From assembly GCA_042217555.1 (NCBI GenBank), contig JBDGSL010000001.1:1-52003 (forward strand): a DNA stretch of 52,003 bases, given 5' to 3'. Of the stretch, positions 10,591 to 20,307 are shown piece by piece. The notes beneath the pieces are model-generated. The model made no database searches. It saw only the letters and a list, made by a program, of their open reading frames with translations, and was not told where the DNA came from. Origin of the DNA: Candidatus Nanohalobium sp. (lineage in GTDB: Archaea; Nanohalarchaeota; Nanosalinia; Nanosalinales; Nanosalinaceae). A program made the position numbers and the translations under genes. Position 1 is the stretch's first letter. Each line of letters begins with the position of its first letter.

Positions 10591-11682
10591 CTAATTGCTT
10601 TTCTCTTCAAGCTCTTCTTCCAGTCCAAGCTTTTCTGCGAGTTCTTTGTAGCGGTTTCTGATTGTTACTTCTGTGACTCCGACTACGTCTGCTACTTCTC
10701 TCTGTGTACGTTTTTCTCCTTCTAGGACTGCTGCGATGTAGAGTGCTGCTGCTGCGATTCCTGTTGGGCCTTTTCCTGAGAGAAGGTCGCGCTCGGATGC
10801 TTCCTTGATGACTTTTCTGGCTCTTGCCTGGACTTCTCCTGAAAGCTGTAGTTTTCCGGCGAATCTTGGTACGTAGTCCTGAGGCTTCGCAGGTAGAATC
10901 CTGAGGCCTAGTTCCCGGGCAACATACCTGTATGCGCGTCCGATTTCACGTTTTTCGATTCCTGATGCGTCGCTGATTTCGTCCAGTGTTCTTGGTGTTC
11001 CCTGTTTTCTTGCTACGATGTAGATGATCGCTGAGATGATGGACTCCATTGAACGTCCTCTTACAAGGCCCTGGTCGACCGCTTTCTCGTATAGTCTGGC
11101 CGTTTCTTCGTGTACGCTTTCAGGCAGGTTGAGGTTGGAGATCATCGAGTTGAGTTCGCTCAGTGCGAAGCCCAGGTTCCTGTCCTTTGACTTAGTCAAC
11201 CTTTTGTGCCATTTCCTCAGGCGGTAGTACTGTGCTCTCTTGTTGCCTGAGACTTTGTAGAGTTCTCCGGATCCTTTGCCGATTTCTGTGGAGACTCCCA
11301 TGTCGTGTTTAGTATAAGTTAGTGGCTGTCCGGCTCTCGCCTTTTTCTCTTTTTCCTCTGCGTTGAATGCTCTCCACTCTGCGGACTCATCAATTCTGTC
11401 CTCGTCGATAACCATTCCACATTCTACACAGATAAGTTCTCCTTTCGCGGAGTCTTCCTCGAAACGTTGAGAACCACACTCCGGACATGTAAGTACTGTA
11501 TCTCCTTCTTCAGCCTCTTCCTGGACGACCTCATAGCCTTCTTCTCCTTCTTCTGGAGCAGGTTCCTCTTCCTCTTCGGGGAATTCGCCGTCGGCTGTTT
11601 CTTCTTCGTCTTCTTCCCATTCGTCCGGTACTTCGTAGTTATCTATCTGTCTTCGGGGGATGTTTTGTGGAGCTTCAGACAT
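10591..11682 (-). CDS. tfb: Transcription initiation factor TFB with long acidic N-terminal extension
   Basis: Zn ribbon CPECG...CVECG, EWRAF B-reader, two cyclin repeats, TQREVADVVGVTEVTIRNRYKE. Confidence 0.97.
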   Translation of the reverse strand: MSEAPQNIPRRQIDNYEVPDEWEEDEEETADGEFPEEEEEPAPEEGEEGYEVVQEEAEEGDTVLTCPECGSQRFEEDSAKGELICVECGMVIDEDRIDESAEWRAFNAEEKEKKARAGQPLTYTKHDMGVSTEIGKGSGELYKVSGNKRAQYYRLRKWHKRLTKSKDRNLGFALSELNSMISNLNLPESVHEETARLYEKAVDQGLVRGRSMESIISAIIYIVARKQGTPRTLDEISDASGIEKREIGRAYRYVARELGLRILPAKPQDYVPRFAGKLQLSGEVQARARKVIKEASERDLLSGKGPTGIAAAALYIAAVLEGEKRTQREVADVVGVTEVTIRNRYKELAEKLGLEEELEEKSN

Positions 11683-11822
11683 AGTATTTTAGAACACCTT
11701 AGTAAAACTTAAAAACAGGGGCAAGTTTTAAATAGGTTTGCACCTATAAGACTACTTTTCAGTGACAAAAGCACTTTCTAGAAGGGAAGATGATTTAACA
11801 GCCAGCATCTCAACAAGAAGTT

Positions 11823-12893
11823 ATGACGGAAAAGGAGGATCTCAGGGCGAAGAGAGAGACTCTTGTTGTTGTAGCATTTCTACTGCTTTCAAGCCTTTTC
11901 ATAATCTATCCTTTCCTTGACGCCATACTTATCGCTGTTGCAGTTTCATATCTTCTTGATTATGTCCACAAAAAGCTTAATCCCTATATAGAGAACGAGT
12001 TTCTCTCTTCGCTGATAATAATATCTTCAGTATTCGCTGTTATATCTTTAAGTATTTATTTCTTCGTTGATAACTTTTTCAATATCCTGGCCCAGTTCAA
12101 CCTTTTCACAGGTTCACTACAGGACCAGATTATCGCTGCGTTAGAGCCGTTGAATCTTCCTCAAAGCTTTATAGAATCGTTGAAGAGTTATTTCCAGACT
12201 ATTTCTGATTCTTTAAGTGATGTTCTTATCGATATATTTGTATCTGTGCCTTCTCTTCTGGTTGATGTAGGTATATTCTTCGTGGCCTCGGTTTTCCTTT
12301 ACAGGGATCGTTCAAGGATTTCTTCCAAGACAGAAGAGGTGCTGGAGAGTTTGCCGGACACCGAGGAGAAGATTATCAGGTCGCTTATAGAGTCTATTGA
12401 CAAGATATTCCAGGGTGTTTTCATGACGCAGTTTGCTGTCGCGGCGGTACTTGGAGCGGTAGCTGCTGTAGGCTTCTACCTGATCGGCCTTGCGACCACA
12501 CCTATTGACCTTCTTCCTCTCTGGATATTCCTGATAGCGTTGGCGTCGCTGCTTCCGTTACTGGCGAATATAATATTTTACATTCCTCTGGGACTTTACT
12601 ACATGGTGCCTGGAGGAGAACCTATCAAAGGCATTTTGATCATTGTTTACGGCGTGATATTCCTTCAGATAATGCCAGAGGTAGTTCTCAGGCCGTGGGT
12701 AGGCTCCAAGAGCCTGGATGAACACCCGTTGATAATCTTCCTGGGATTCCTTGCAGGACCTATAGTACTGGGAGTGAAGGGATTGATCCTGGGGCCGCTG
12801 ATACTGATACTTACAAAGGAGTTTGCCTTCAACTACGCTGATCTCGTTTCCGATCCATCTCCCGGGAGCCACAGCGAGGACACGGAGGAGTAG
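11823..12893 (+). CDS. AI-2E family (UPF0118) transporter
   Basis: Multi-TM; LRPWVG...HPLIIFLGFLAG...GLILGPLIL C-terminal signature. Confidence 0.85.
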   Translation: MTEKEDLRAKRETLVVVAFLLLSSLFIIYPFLDAILIAVAVSYLLDYVHKKLNPYIENEFLSSLIIISSVFAVISLSIYFFVDNFFNILAQFNLFTGSLQDQIIAALEPLNLPQSFIESLKSYFQTISDSLSDVLIDIFVSVPSLLVDVGIFFVASVFLYRDRSRISSKTEEVLESLPDTEEKIIRSLIESIDKIFQGVFMTQFAVAAVLGAVAAVGFYLIGLATTPIDLLPLWIFLIALASLLPLLANIIFYIPLGLYYMVPGGEPIKGILIIVYGVIFLQIMPEVVLRPWVGSKSLDEHPLIIFLGFLAGPIVLGVKGLILGPLILILTKEFAFNYADLVSDPSPGSHSEDTEE

Positions 12894-13302
12894 AAACATC
12901 GGTACCGCAGTTGCTGCACACCTGCCTCCACCTCCTCTTCGTTTCCACTTTCTCAGTGTTAAAACCCTGGAAATCAACACCCATGTGAAGAGCAAGGTTC
13001 TGCAAGGCCCTGTCATCCGTTACAAGTGTGAGACCTCGGTCAATAGCAAGTGCAAGTGCATCTCCGTCTTCTTCACTGGTAGGAGAGTTGATCTCCTCTG
13101 CCTTCTTCCTAACACGCTTCCTTGATTCATCTGATGGCTGCATAACTTCAAGGTTAAGTTTTAAACCTTTCATCTTGGCTATTTCCGACTTTATCTCTGC
13201 TCGGACACTCGGCGGTATAACTGCTTTCCGGAAAGGATACTGCGCTCTCGAGTGTATTATAACGTTGGCGTCGACCACGACCGCTTCCTCCGTGAAATCC
13301 AT
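12829..13302 (-). CDS. nob1: Nob1-family PIN endonuclease with Zn ribbon
   Basis: VVDAN, LVTDDRALQN, W...CSNC...CPRCGS. Confidence 0.85.
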   Translation of the reverse strand: MDFTEEAVVVDANVIIHSRAQYPFRKAVIPPSVRAEIKSEIAKMKGLKLNLEVMQPSDESRKRVRKKAEEINSPTSEEDGDALALAIDRGLTLVTDDRALQNLALHMGVDFQGFNTEKVETKRRWRQVCSNCGTDVSTPPCPRCGSREMDRKRDQRS

Positions 13303-13345
13303 ATTTTAAAGTGTTAACTTGTCAAATCTTAACTGTGTGATTCAA

Positions 13346-13546
13346 ATGAGTCTACCAAACGCACCCGTAGAAAGGATTATCAGAAACGCAGGCGCAGAAA
13401 GAGTATCAAAAGACGCAGTAGAAGAACTGAGGAAAGCACTTGAAGACCTCGGAGAGGAGATCAGCCGAGACGCAATCAAGATGGCAGACCACGCAGACAG
13501 AAACACAGTCAAAAAAGAGGATGTCAAGCTGGCCACCCAGCAGTAA
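13346..13546 (+). CDS. Archaeal histone (HMf-like)
   Basis: MSLPNAPVERIIRNAGAERVS...HADRNTVKKEDV histone fold; start at ATG 13346. Confidence 0.95.
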   Translation: MSLPNAPVERIIRNAGAERVSKDAVEELRKALEDLGEEISRDAIKMADHADRNTVKKEDVKLATQQ

Positions 13547-13584
13547 AGACACCCTCTCTCACTATCTCCAGGTGTAAAAAACAG

Positions 13585-13968
13585 ATGCCACAGCAGATGG
13601 AAGCATCAGAACTATCCTCAGGGACTTACGTCATGATCGACGAAGAACCCTGCGAGGTAAGAAGCACATCCAAATCCAGTCCCGGAAAACACGGAAGCGC
13701 CAAGGTAAAGATCAAGGCCAGAGGAGTTTTCGACGACAAAGACAGGCATGTCACAAAGCCGGGAGACGCAATGATGATGTCTCCAGACGTCGACAAAAAG
13801 ATCGGACAAGTCGTTTCCAGAGACGGAAACATCGCACAGGTCATGGACATGGACACATACGAAACAGAAGAAATGCAGCTTCCAGACGACCTCTCAGCAG
13901 GAGAAGGAGACGAAATAGAGTACTGGGTCATCGACGACAGAAAACTCGTCAAAGGACTCAAAGAATAG
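13585..13968 (+). CDS. eif5a: Translation factor aIF5A
   Basis: Hypusine loop SPGKHGSAK. Confidence 0.96.
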   Translation: MPQQMEASELSSGTYVMIDEEPCEVRSTSKSSPGKHGSAKVKIKARGVFDDKDRHVTKPGDAMMMSPDVDKKIGQVVSRDGNIAQVMDMDTYETEEMQLPDDLSAGEGDEIEYWVIDDRKLVKGLKE

Positions 13969-14076
13969 TTTCCTACCCTAATTTTTCTCTATTCTATGCT
14001 TTTCATAATTGAATTTAATTCAACTCGAAATAAGATAATCTTATTTACATCAGTCTAATCTGTTTTAGTCAATTAA

Positions 14077-14202
14077 AACAAGAACAGAAAATATGTCCTA
14101 TTTAGCAAAAACGGATTTACCAAAGACCTGAGAAAAACAGAAGAAAGAAAAGACATAGAACTATACAACCATGGAAAAATTGAATCAATACTTAGGAATT
14201 AA
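14077..14202 (+). pseudogene. C-terminal remnant resembling an archaeal ATPase/DUF234 protein
   Basis: Startless frame NKNRKYVLFSKNGFTKDLRKTEERKDIELYNHGKIESILRN*; YVLFSKxGF resembles the C-terminus of this family. Confidence 0.45.
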
Positions 14203-14315
14203 CCGGTAATTATTACTAAGGAGGGAAAGGTACCTAGGTTTTTCCCCCACCCATTTTATTGTCATAAGTACAATGAATCAATAGGTTTTTAATGTTGTAA
14301 CTACAATTTTTTGTT

Positions 14316-15593
14316 ATGGATCGTCAGGAATTGATAAGAGAAGTTCAAAGGCAAAATAAGTGGTGGGATGATGGACAGGTGAATCTACCTGAACCACTAG
14401 TAAAAAGAGAAATTGAAGATAAGTTAGAAGAAGAGCTAGATGAGGATATTATAACCGCGATTACAGGTTTGAGGCGTGCGGGTAAAACCACTTTACTGAA
14501 AAAAATGGTAAAAACTCTTCTAGAGGAGAAGAAACCTAAAAATATTCTGTATTTCTCCTTTGACCTAGCTGAGGAAACAGATATACGGTCAGTGATGGAT
14601 ATCTACAGTGAAGAAATACTATCACAAACATTCGAAAACCTCGACCAGAAGGTTTACATCTTTCTAGACGAAGTACAGAAACTAGAAAACTGGTCAAACC
14701 AGATCAAATCGATACAGGATAGAGACTACAATATAAAGTTTGTAGTCACTGGTTCAGCATCAACCAACATAACCAAAGGAGCAGGAGAAAGCCTGGTAGG
14801 CAGAATAATGATACACAGACTCCACACATTCTCATTCAAAAGCTATCTAAAATACAATGGAATCGAAACCTCTGAGATAAGCCTGGAAGATCCTTCTTAC
14901 CCTTCAAATAGCCAAGAACTACGCATACAGTTTAATGAGTACATGGACGACGGCGGATTCCCTGAGCTCTACGACGAACAGTCAAATGAGAATCTACAGC
15001 AAAACCTTGACCTAACACTGTTCAGAGACATAGTCAACCTTTTCACAGTCAAAAGATCAGACACCCTTAAACAACTATTCAGACTAGTGACAGAACACAC
15101 CGGACAAGTAGTCAACTACAACAACCTATCACAAGACCTCGACACACAGTACAGAACAGTTACAGACTACCTCCAGTACCTCGAAGATGGATTCCTCATA
15201 AACACCAGTAAACCAGTATATTCAAACACAAAGAAATCAATGCGGAAAAACCCAAAAATCTACACGGCTGACCACGCATATAACCGGCTCTACCCAGCAA
15301 AAGAAGGCCTAAAAGCCGAGACAATAGCCTACAACCACCTAAAAAGAATAGAAGAACCAGGATTCAAAAAAGACCCAGAAGTAGACATAATACTCCCTGA
15401 ACAAAAGAAAGCATTCGAAATAAAATACCCAGACAAACCTAGCAGAAAAGACGCCAGACAACTGACAAAACTACCCGAAGACCACAAACTCTACCTGGTA
15501 ACCAGGAAAACCTACGACACCTGGCAAATAAAAGGAAGAGAAGTAGAGGTCATACCACTCTGGATGCTCTGCCTTGCAACTTCACAAAAGTGA
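14316..15593 (+). CDS. AAA_14 ATPase with DUF4143 domain
   Basis: QNKWW N-terminus, Walker A GLRRAGKTT, Walker B IFLDEVQ, VTGSAS, KNPKIY, EVD...FEIK. Confidence 0.88.
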   Translation: MDRQELIREVQRQNKWWDDGQVNLPEPLVKREIEDKLEEELDEDIITAITGLRRAGKTTLLKKMVKTLLEEKKPKNILYFSFDLAEETDIRSVMDIYSEEILSQTFENLDQKVYIFLDEVQKLENWSNQIKSIQDRDYNIKFVVTGSASTNITKGAGESLVGRIMIHRLHTFSFKSYLKYNGIETSEISLEDPSYPSNSQELRIQFNEYMDDGGFPELYDEQSNENLQQNLDLTLFRDIVNLFTVKRSDTLKQLFRLVTEHTGQVVNYNNLSQDLDTQYRTVTDYLQYLEDGFLINTSKPVYSNTKKSMRKNPKIYTADHAYNRLYPAKEGLKAETIAYNHLKRIEEPGFKKDPEVDIILPEQKKAFEIKYPDKPSRKDARQLTKLPEDHKLYLVTRKTYDTWQIKGREVEVIPLWMLCLATSQK

Positions 15594-16162
15594 AGTGACC
15601 CCGCTATCTTGATTTCCAAGTGGAAATCGAGGAAGAGGGGCTTCTGTGCGACCTTATCCCTGAAAAGGAGAGTTTTGTTTTCCACGATACTTTTCTCATT
15701 CATACCGTCAACACAGAGACTTTACGCTTCGAGGAAAGTTTGAATTAGCACAGTCTTGTGCATATATTAACCAAGCATCTGCTTGGTTTCCTTATTCACT
15801 TCTGGTAGCTCCACACTACTCACTACACTGTCCGATTTGACTGGAAAGCCAAATCATTCAGCTTACCTTTGTTCCTCTCGAAACAAGTCCACAGACTGTT
15901 CTGTGTCAAACAGGGTTGCTGTTTGTTGATTCTCAAAAATCCAGAGGATTTTCTGCGAACCACAGATTCCTTACAGGAATCTGTTCGAGCATCGTTCTCG
16001 GAGAACGATGTGACACAGAAACTCCAAAGGAGTTTCGAGTAGCAGTAAGCCCTAACCAAACTGCCGTAATACCTTTATTTTAGAGTTTTAGATTTAAAAA
16101 AGCCGATTCATCCCTAACCTTATCCCTCTCGGGAATGAGGACAGGGTCTTCTCAGCAAAAAG
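15590..16162 (-). mobile_element. Non-autonomous IS200/IS605-type mini-element (no tnpA/tnpB), ~570 bp
   Basis: Minus strand: LE-like GCTGAGAAGACCCTGTCCTC...AAGGTTAGGGATGAATCGGC (~16102-16156) preceded by TTTAT; RE-like GAAGCCCCTCTTCCTCG...AAGATAGCGGGGTCACTTCAC ending at 15590; removing it restores CAA AAA TAA at the end of the AAA gene. Confidence 0.75.
15911..16053. repeat. Multibranch cluster of four short palindromes inside the mini-element
   Basis: AAAATCC-aga-GGATTTT, ACAGATTCC-ttaca-GGAATCTGT, CATCGTTCTC-g-GAGAACGATG, GAAACTCC-aaa-GGAGTTTC, enclosed by imperfect AGGGTTGCTG/CAGTAAGCCCT stem. Confidence 0.85.
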
Positions 16163-16168
16163 ATAAAA

Positions 16169-16420
16169 CTACTGAACGTTGACTCTTCCACGGGCCGAAT
16201 AATCTTCTCCGTCTACCTGGAAGTAAGTTATTCCATTGATAAACACTGTCTCAGAGCCTCCCGAGGGTATCGAAATTGTATCATTGCTGCGGTCGAAACT
16301 GATTGAAACACTGGAATCCATCCGGTTCCTGAAACCTACAGCCTTGCCAAGCTCAACTCTTTGTGAAGCAGGAAACCTGCAACTTCCGGAAAGATTTCTG
16401 TATGTGTCTCTACCATCCAA
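16169..16420 (-). pseudogene. Probable C-terminal fragment of a beta-rich protein
   Basis: 83-codon frame with only a TTG start and no evident signals; lies in a decaying island. Confidence 0.3.
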
Positions 16421-16512
16421 ACTACAATTTATCTCTTCGGAAAAATTAAAGGCTCGTGAACACTGCTAGAATCGGAAAAATTTATCAGTAAAGTATGATA
16501 GAGATTCCTATC

Positions 16513-16900
16513 GTGAAAATAGAAGTCTCCGAAAGGGCGATGGAAGACCTCACCAAGCTACCTGACGAAGTAACTGAAACTTATCTAAGTAAGAAAGAGG
16601 CAATGGAGAAAAATCTGAATATCGGCGCCACACCAGGACAGGCTTTCGACAAGTTTCTATCAGGAATGCGAAGATCACAGATCTTCTGTATCCAAGAAAA
16701 TCTCTGATTTTCGGAATATGCATCCAGTGCTTTAAGTCAACCTGGGCAGAGATTACAGAGCCTGGTTTATAGAAGGAGAATACATCGAAAAATTGCAGGA
16801 TGACAAAATCTTTGGCTGGAGAGTTCTAAGCAAAAAAGAGGCTAAAAAACTGACAGGCAAAATCAGAGATCCTCTTTCAATTTTCGAATCCGATCTCTAA
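16513..16900 (+). pseudogene. RelE/ParE-like toxin pseudogene interrupted by a palindrome doublet
   Basis: 5' part VKIEVSERAMEDLTKLP...DKFLSG; after the 16670-16712 insert a shifted frame reads MHPVL*VNLGRDYRAWFIEG...ESDL* (internal TAA 16733-16735). Confidence 0.6.
16670..16712. repeat. REP-like palindrome doublet
   Basis: GAAGATC-aca-GATCTTC, 9-nt spacer, GAAAATC-tct-GATTTTC (second unit identical to 688-704). Confidence 0.85.
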
Positions 16901-17018
16901 TCTTAGAATTATCAGACTTGGTATTGCCTTCAACCATGTCCCTGGCACCTTCCTCAACACCTTCAACATCCTCCATAGGCACAAAACTACCTCCTTCGAA
17001 ACGAGCCCTAACCTTCAT
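16863..17018 (-). CDS. AF2212/DUF104-like antitoxin (51 aa, possibly truncated)
   Basis: Not in ORF track; MKVRARFEGGSFVPMEDVEGVEEG matches the family N-terminal pattern. Confidence 0.55.
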   Translation of the reverse strand: MKVRARFEGGSFVPMEDVEGVEEGARDMVEGNTKSDNSKIRDRIRKLKEDL

Positions 17019-17225
17019 CACAACAACTTACTCCTCAAGTTATTCAAATTAACTAATTTCAACCACTTTGCCTCTATCCAACCTCCCAACAATTTGCCAA
17101 GTTCATCCAGTTTTTCACTTGAGTCCTCAGAAACACCTTGATCTCCATCAGTCTTTGACATAAATCCTATTTAACATCCCGGAAATAAACAATTAACCAC
17201 TAATCATCAGATAATTCTCTTTAAA

Positions 17226-17660
17226 CTATTCAATCCTATACTGAAATTCTAGCCCTGAGTCGAAGTCTTCCAGCACATCGCTTATTTCTTCGACGGTTTC
17301 CTGGTTCAGTAGTTCGTAGTCGCCTGTCCAGAATGTGCATTCGTTTAGGATTGCTGTTGCCAGTATCTGTGAGTCGATTATTCCTAGATTGACTTCGTCC
17401 ACTAGTTTATCTGAAAGCTCTATGATGTCCTCTGATAATTCGACGATTTCATCTACTGTTGCTTCTACTAGTTCTTTTTCTTTCTCTCTGGTTGGTTTGT
17501 GCGGGTTGTCTTCGATTTCAGCTAGAACTATTTCGGAGGTAAAGAACTGGTATTCTCCGTTAGAAACTTCGTCCAATGTATGCCAGACACTTTCTCTTCT
17601 ATCCTCTTCTAGGTCTACAGCTATTCCGAATATGTTGGTGTCTGCGAAAAGTTTGTTCAT
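17226..17660 (-). CDS. PIN-domain protein (VapC-like toxin)
   Basis: LFADTNIF, SEIVLAEI, DSQILATA, FWTGDYEL. Confidence 0.85.
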   Translation of the reverse strand: MNKLFADTNIFGIAVDLEEDRRESVWHTLDEVSNGEYQFFTSEIVLAEIEDNPHKPTREKEKELVEATVDEIVELSEDIIELSDKLVDEVNLGIIDSQILATAILNECTFWTGDYELLNQETVEEISDVLEDFDSGLEFQYRIE

Positions 17661-17669
17661 AAGAAATTT

Positions 17670-17864
17670 TTAACCTGAGACTGGGTATACTGCGTCCGCT
17701 ATTCTTTCAGAAAGGTCTTTTACGGATTCTTCTACAGCTCTTTCTATCTTTTTCTCAAGGTCTCTCCGGTCACGGATTCTCTTGAAAAGTTCCGCCTGAC
17801 CGGATTCGAACTCTTCCTTGTTCTCCTCCCAGTCTTCCTTCCACTCTTCAAAATCTTCAGACAT
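17670..17864 (-). CDS. Small acidic protein, putative antitoxin
   Basis: 64 aa directly upstream of the PIN gene on the same strand. Confidence 0.6.
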   Translation of the reverse strand: MSEDFEEWKEDWEENKEEFESGQAELFKRIRDRRDLEKKIERAVEESVKDLSERIADAVYPVSG

Positions 17865-18385
17865 AAACCTGTACTCAATAGCGAAAACTTAAATCACTAA
17901 CCCTTGAACTCAAGGACTTTCTTTGGCTGAGTTAAGCCAGCCTCCCGCATATCCTACAAGGATATGCTAAAAGAAGCATCCAGCCGTATGTAGTCAAATA
18001 CTCAATCGCAGACTTACCTTTAGAACCATTCAGAAATCCGTGTGTGTGTGTGACACTTCAAAAAGTTGTTCAACACTGGTGAAAACAGGTTTCTGTATAG
18101 ACACATCTGTTAAGTCCTTATCAACGCACACTTTTTAAACCTGTTGGAGGAAAGCTCTCGGACATCCACAAAACAGCAAAAGCTTTTCTCTAAAGATCTA
18201 GCTGCGGCCAGTACTTCCAGACTCTTGTTTTAGACATTCAGTTATCTAACTTATTTCCAAAAACTTGGAGTTTCTCCAGTTTTCTTATAAGGATAACTAG
18301 TTTTTCCAGTTAAAACACAGAAAATCAAAACCTGTATCTCTCCCAGCTCCAAGTTTTTATACAGTATAGGAACCAATTCTTCTTT

Positions 18386-19732
18386 ATGAACTGGTCAAGT
18401 CTAAGGGAGGAAGTACTGGAGGAAGTGTATCCTGAGAGAGAGGAGATTGACGAAGCGCAGAAGCTGTACCAAGAAGTTTCAGATTTTATTTCAGATGAGT
18501 TCGGCCTAGAAACTCATTTTGCGGGTTCGACAGGTCGCGGCACCTGTATGAGAGGTGATAAGGATATTGACGTGTTTGTTTTGTTCCCTGAGGATACTGA
18601 GAGGAAGAAGTTGGAGGAGAAAGGTCTGGAAGTCGGTAGGGAAACGTTCAGAAACTTTGAAGGAGAGTTTGAAGTTGACTACGCAGAGCATCCGTACACC
18701 AAGGGCAAGATCAACGGGCATGAGGTTGAGATTGTGCCTTGTTTTGATGTTGAACCAGAAGATATTCGTTCTGCCGTTGACAGAAGCCCTCATCACTCTC
18801 GATGGGTGCAGGGGAACCTGGATGAAGGAATGAGAAGGGACGTGGTTATACTGAAGAAGTTTCTTAAGGTGCAGGGCCTGTACGGTTCCTCTCTGAAGGT
18901 TGAGGGTTTTTCCGGTTACCTGTGTGAGATACTTGTCAGCGAGTTCGGTGGTTTTCAGGAGCTTGTCGGGTCTGCTCAGGACTGGGGGGAGGAAAAGGTG
19001 ATTGATCCGGAGGGAACTCATGGAGATCTGCCGGAAGAGCTTGAGAACAAGTTTTCGGAGGATTCACTGGTTGTAGTTGATCCTGTGGATGCTGAGAGAA
19101 ATGTTGCTTCGGTGCTTTCAACGGAGAACTATGCCCGTTTCGTGTACAGTTGCTGGCAGTTCTCCAGAGATCCTGGTATGGAGTTTTTCAGGGAGTCGGA
19201 AAGGGAGTGGACCGAGTTCGAGTTGAAGCAGGAGGTTCAGCGGCGCGGAGAGTTCATAGCTGTGAGTTTTGAACGGCCGAACAAGGTGGATGATATTGTC
19301 TATCCTCAGATGAGAAAGTTTATGCGGCTTCTAAGGAAAAAGCTGGAAGGCCATGACTTCAGGATTTTCGAGTCAGGTTTCCACGCCGGTGAGAAAAGAG
19401 TAAGATTCTTTTTCGAGCTGAACCCTGAGCTTCCTGTAGTTGAGGAGCTGAAAGGTCCTAAAGTTTTCCATGGTTCCCGGCACATGGAACAGTTCACGTC
19501 AAAGTACAGTAATACTTTTGTACGTGGTGAGAGGCTCTATGCAAAGACTGAAAGAAGTTATACTCATGCAAAGGAGTTTATAAAGGTGTTTCTGGATGAG
19601 GATGTGCAGAGCTTGAAGGAGAAAGGTGTTCCCAGGAATGTAGCTGATGAGATAGTTGAGTTCTCAATGTTTGATGTGATGGAAGGAAGTGAGGAATGGT
19701 TAAATTACTTGGCTGATGAGCTGAACTTATGA
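18386..19732 (+). CDS. cca: CCA-adding enzyme (archaeal class I)
   Basis: GSTGRGT...DIDVF, YAEHPY, AVDRSPHH, GFSGYLCEIL, DPVDAERNVAS. Confidence 0.96.
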   Translation: MNWSSLREEVLEEVYPEREEIDEAQKLYQEVSDFISDEFGLETHFAGSTGRGTCMRGDKDIDVFVLFPEDTERKKLEEKGLEVGRETFRNFEGEFEVDYAEHPYTKGKINGHEVEIVPCFDVEPEDIRSAVDRSPHHSRWVQGNLDEGMRRDVVILKKFLKVQGLYGSSLKVEGFSGYLCEILVSEFGGFQELVGSAQDWGEEKVIDPEGTHGDLPEELENKFSEDSLVVVDPVDAERNVASVLSTENYARFVYSCWQFSRDPGMEFFRESEREWTEFELKQEVQRRGEFIAVSFERPNKVDDIVYPQMRKFMRLLRKKLEGHDFRIFESGFHAGEKRVRFFFELNPELPVVEELKGPKVFHGSRHMEQFTSKYSNTFVRGERLYAKTERSYTHAKEFIKVFLDEDVQSLKEKGVPRNVADEIVEFSMFDVMEGSEEWLNYLADELNL

Positions 19733-20307
19733 AAGAGAACAGTGTGAATATCTTGGTAGGTCTTTCAGGTGTCGGAAAAGGAACCGTTCTGGAAGAAGCG
19801 ATGAAGCTCTCCAAAGAAGACTACAGAGTTATAAACTACGGCGACAGGATGTTCGAGGTAGCACAGGAGAAAGGCCTTGCAGACCACAGGGACGAGATGA
19901 AAGAGATAGAATCGGACACATATAAAGAACTTCAGGCAGACGCTGCAGAATCCATCTTCAGGGACGCCGAAGAACAGGACATAATAGTTGAGACACACGC
20001 AGCCATCAAGTCACCGTACGGATACATCCCCGGCCTTCCGAAATGGGTTGCCGAGAACCTGGAACCTGAAAAAGTGATCATGCTTGATGCCTCCTCCGAA
20101 GCAATTTACAGGAGAAGCCAGGAAGCTGAAAGAGATAGAGATACAGAGAAAGCCGGTATCGAAGGTATCGAAGAGTACAGGGAAACTGCAAAGCAGATGG
20201 CATCAGCTGTTTCAATCCTGACAGGCGCTTACTTCAAGATTATCCAGAACAAAGACGGTAAAGCCGAAAAGGCAGCTGAAGAACTCGTTAAAACTCTTAA
20301 AAACTAG
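19729..20307 (+). CDS. adkA: Archaeal adenylate kinase
   Basis: GLSGVGKGT P-loop, NYGDRM, RDEMK, ETHAAIKSPYGYIPGLP. Confidence 0.93.
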   Translation: MKENSVNILVGLSGVGKGTVLEEAMKLSKEDYRVINYGDRMFEVAQEKGLADHRDEMKEIESDTYKELQADAAESIFRDAEEQDIIVETHAAIKSPYGYIPGLPKWVAENLEPEKVIMLDASSEAIYRRSQEAERDRDTEKAGIEGIEEYRETAKQMASAVSILTGAYFKIIQNKDGKAEKAAEELVKTLKN

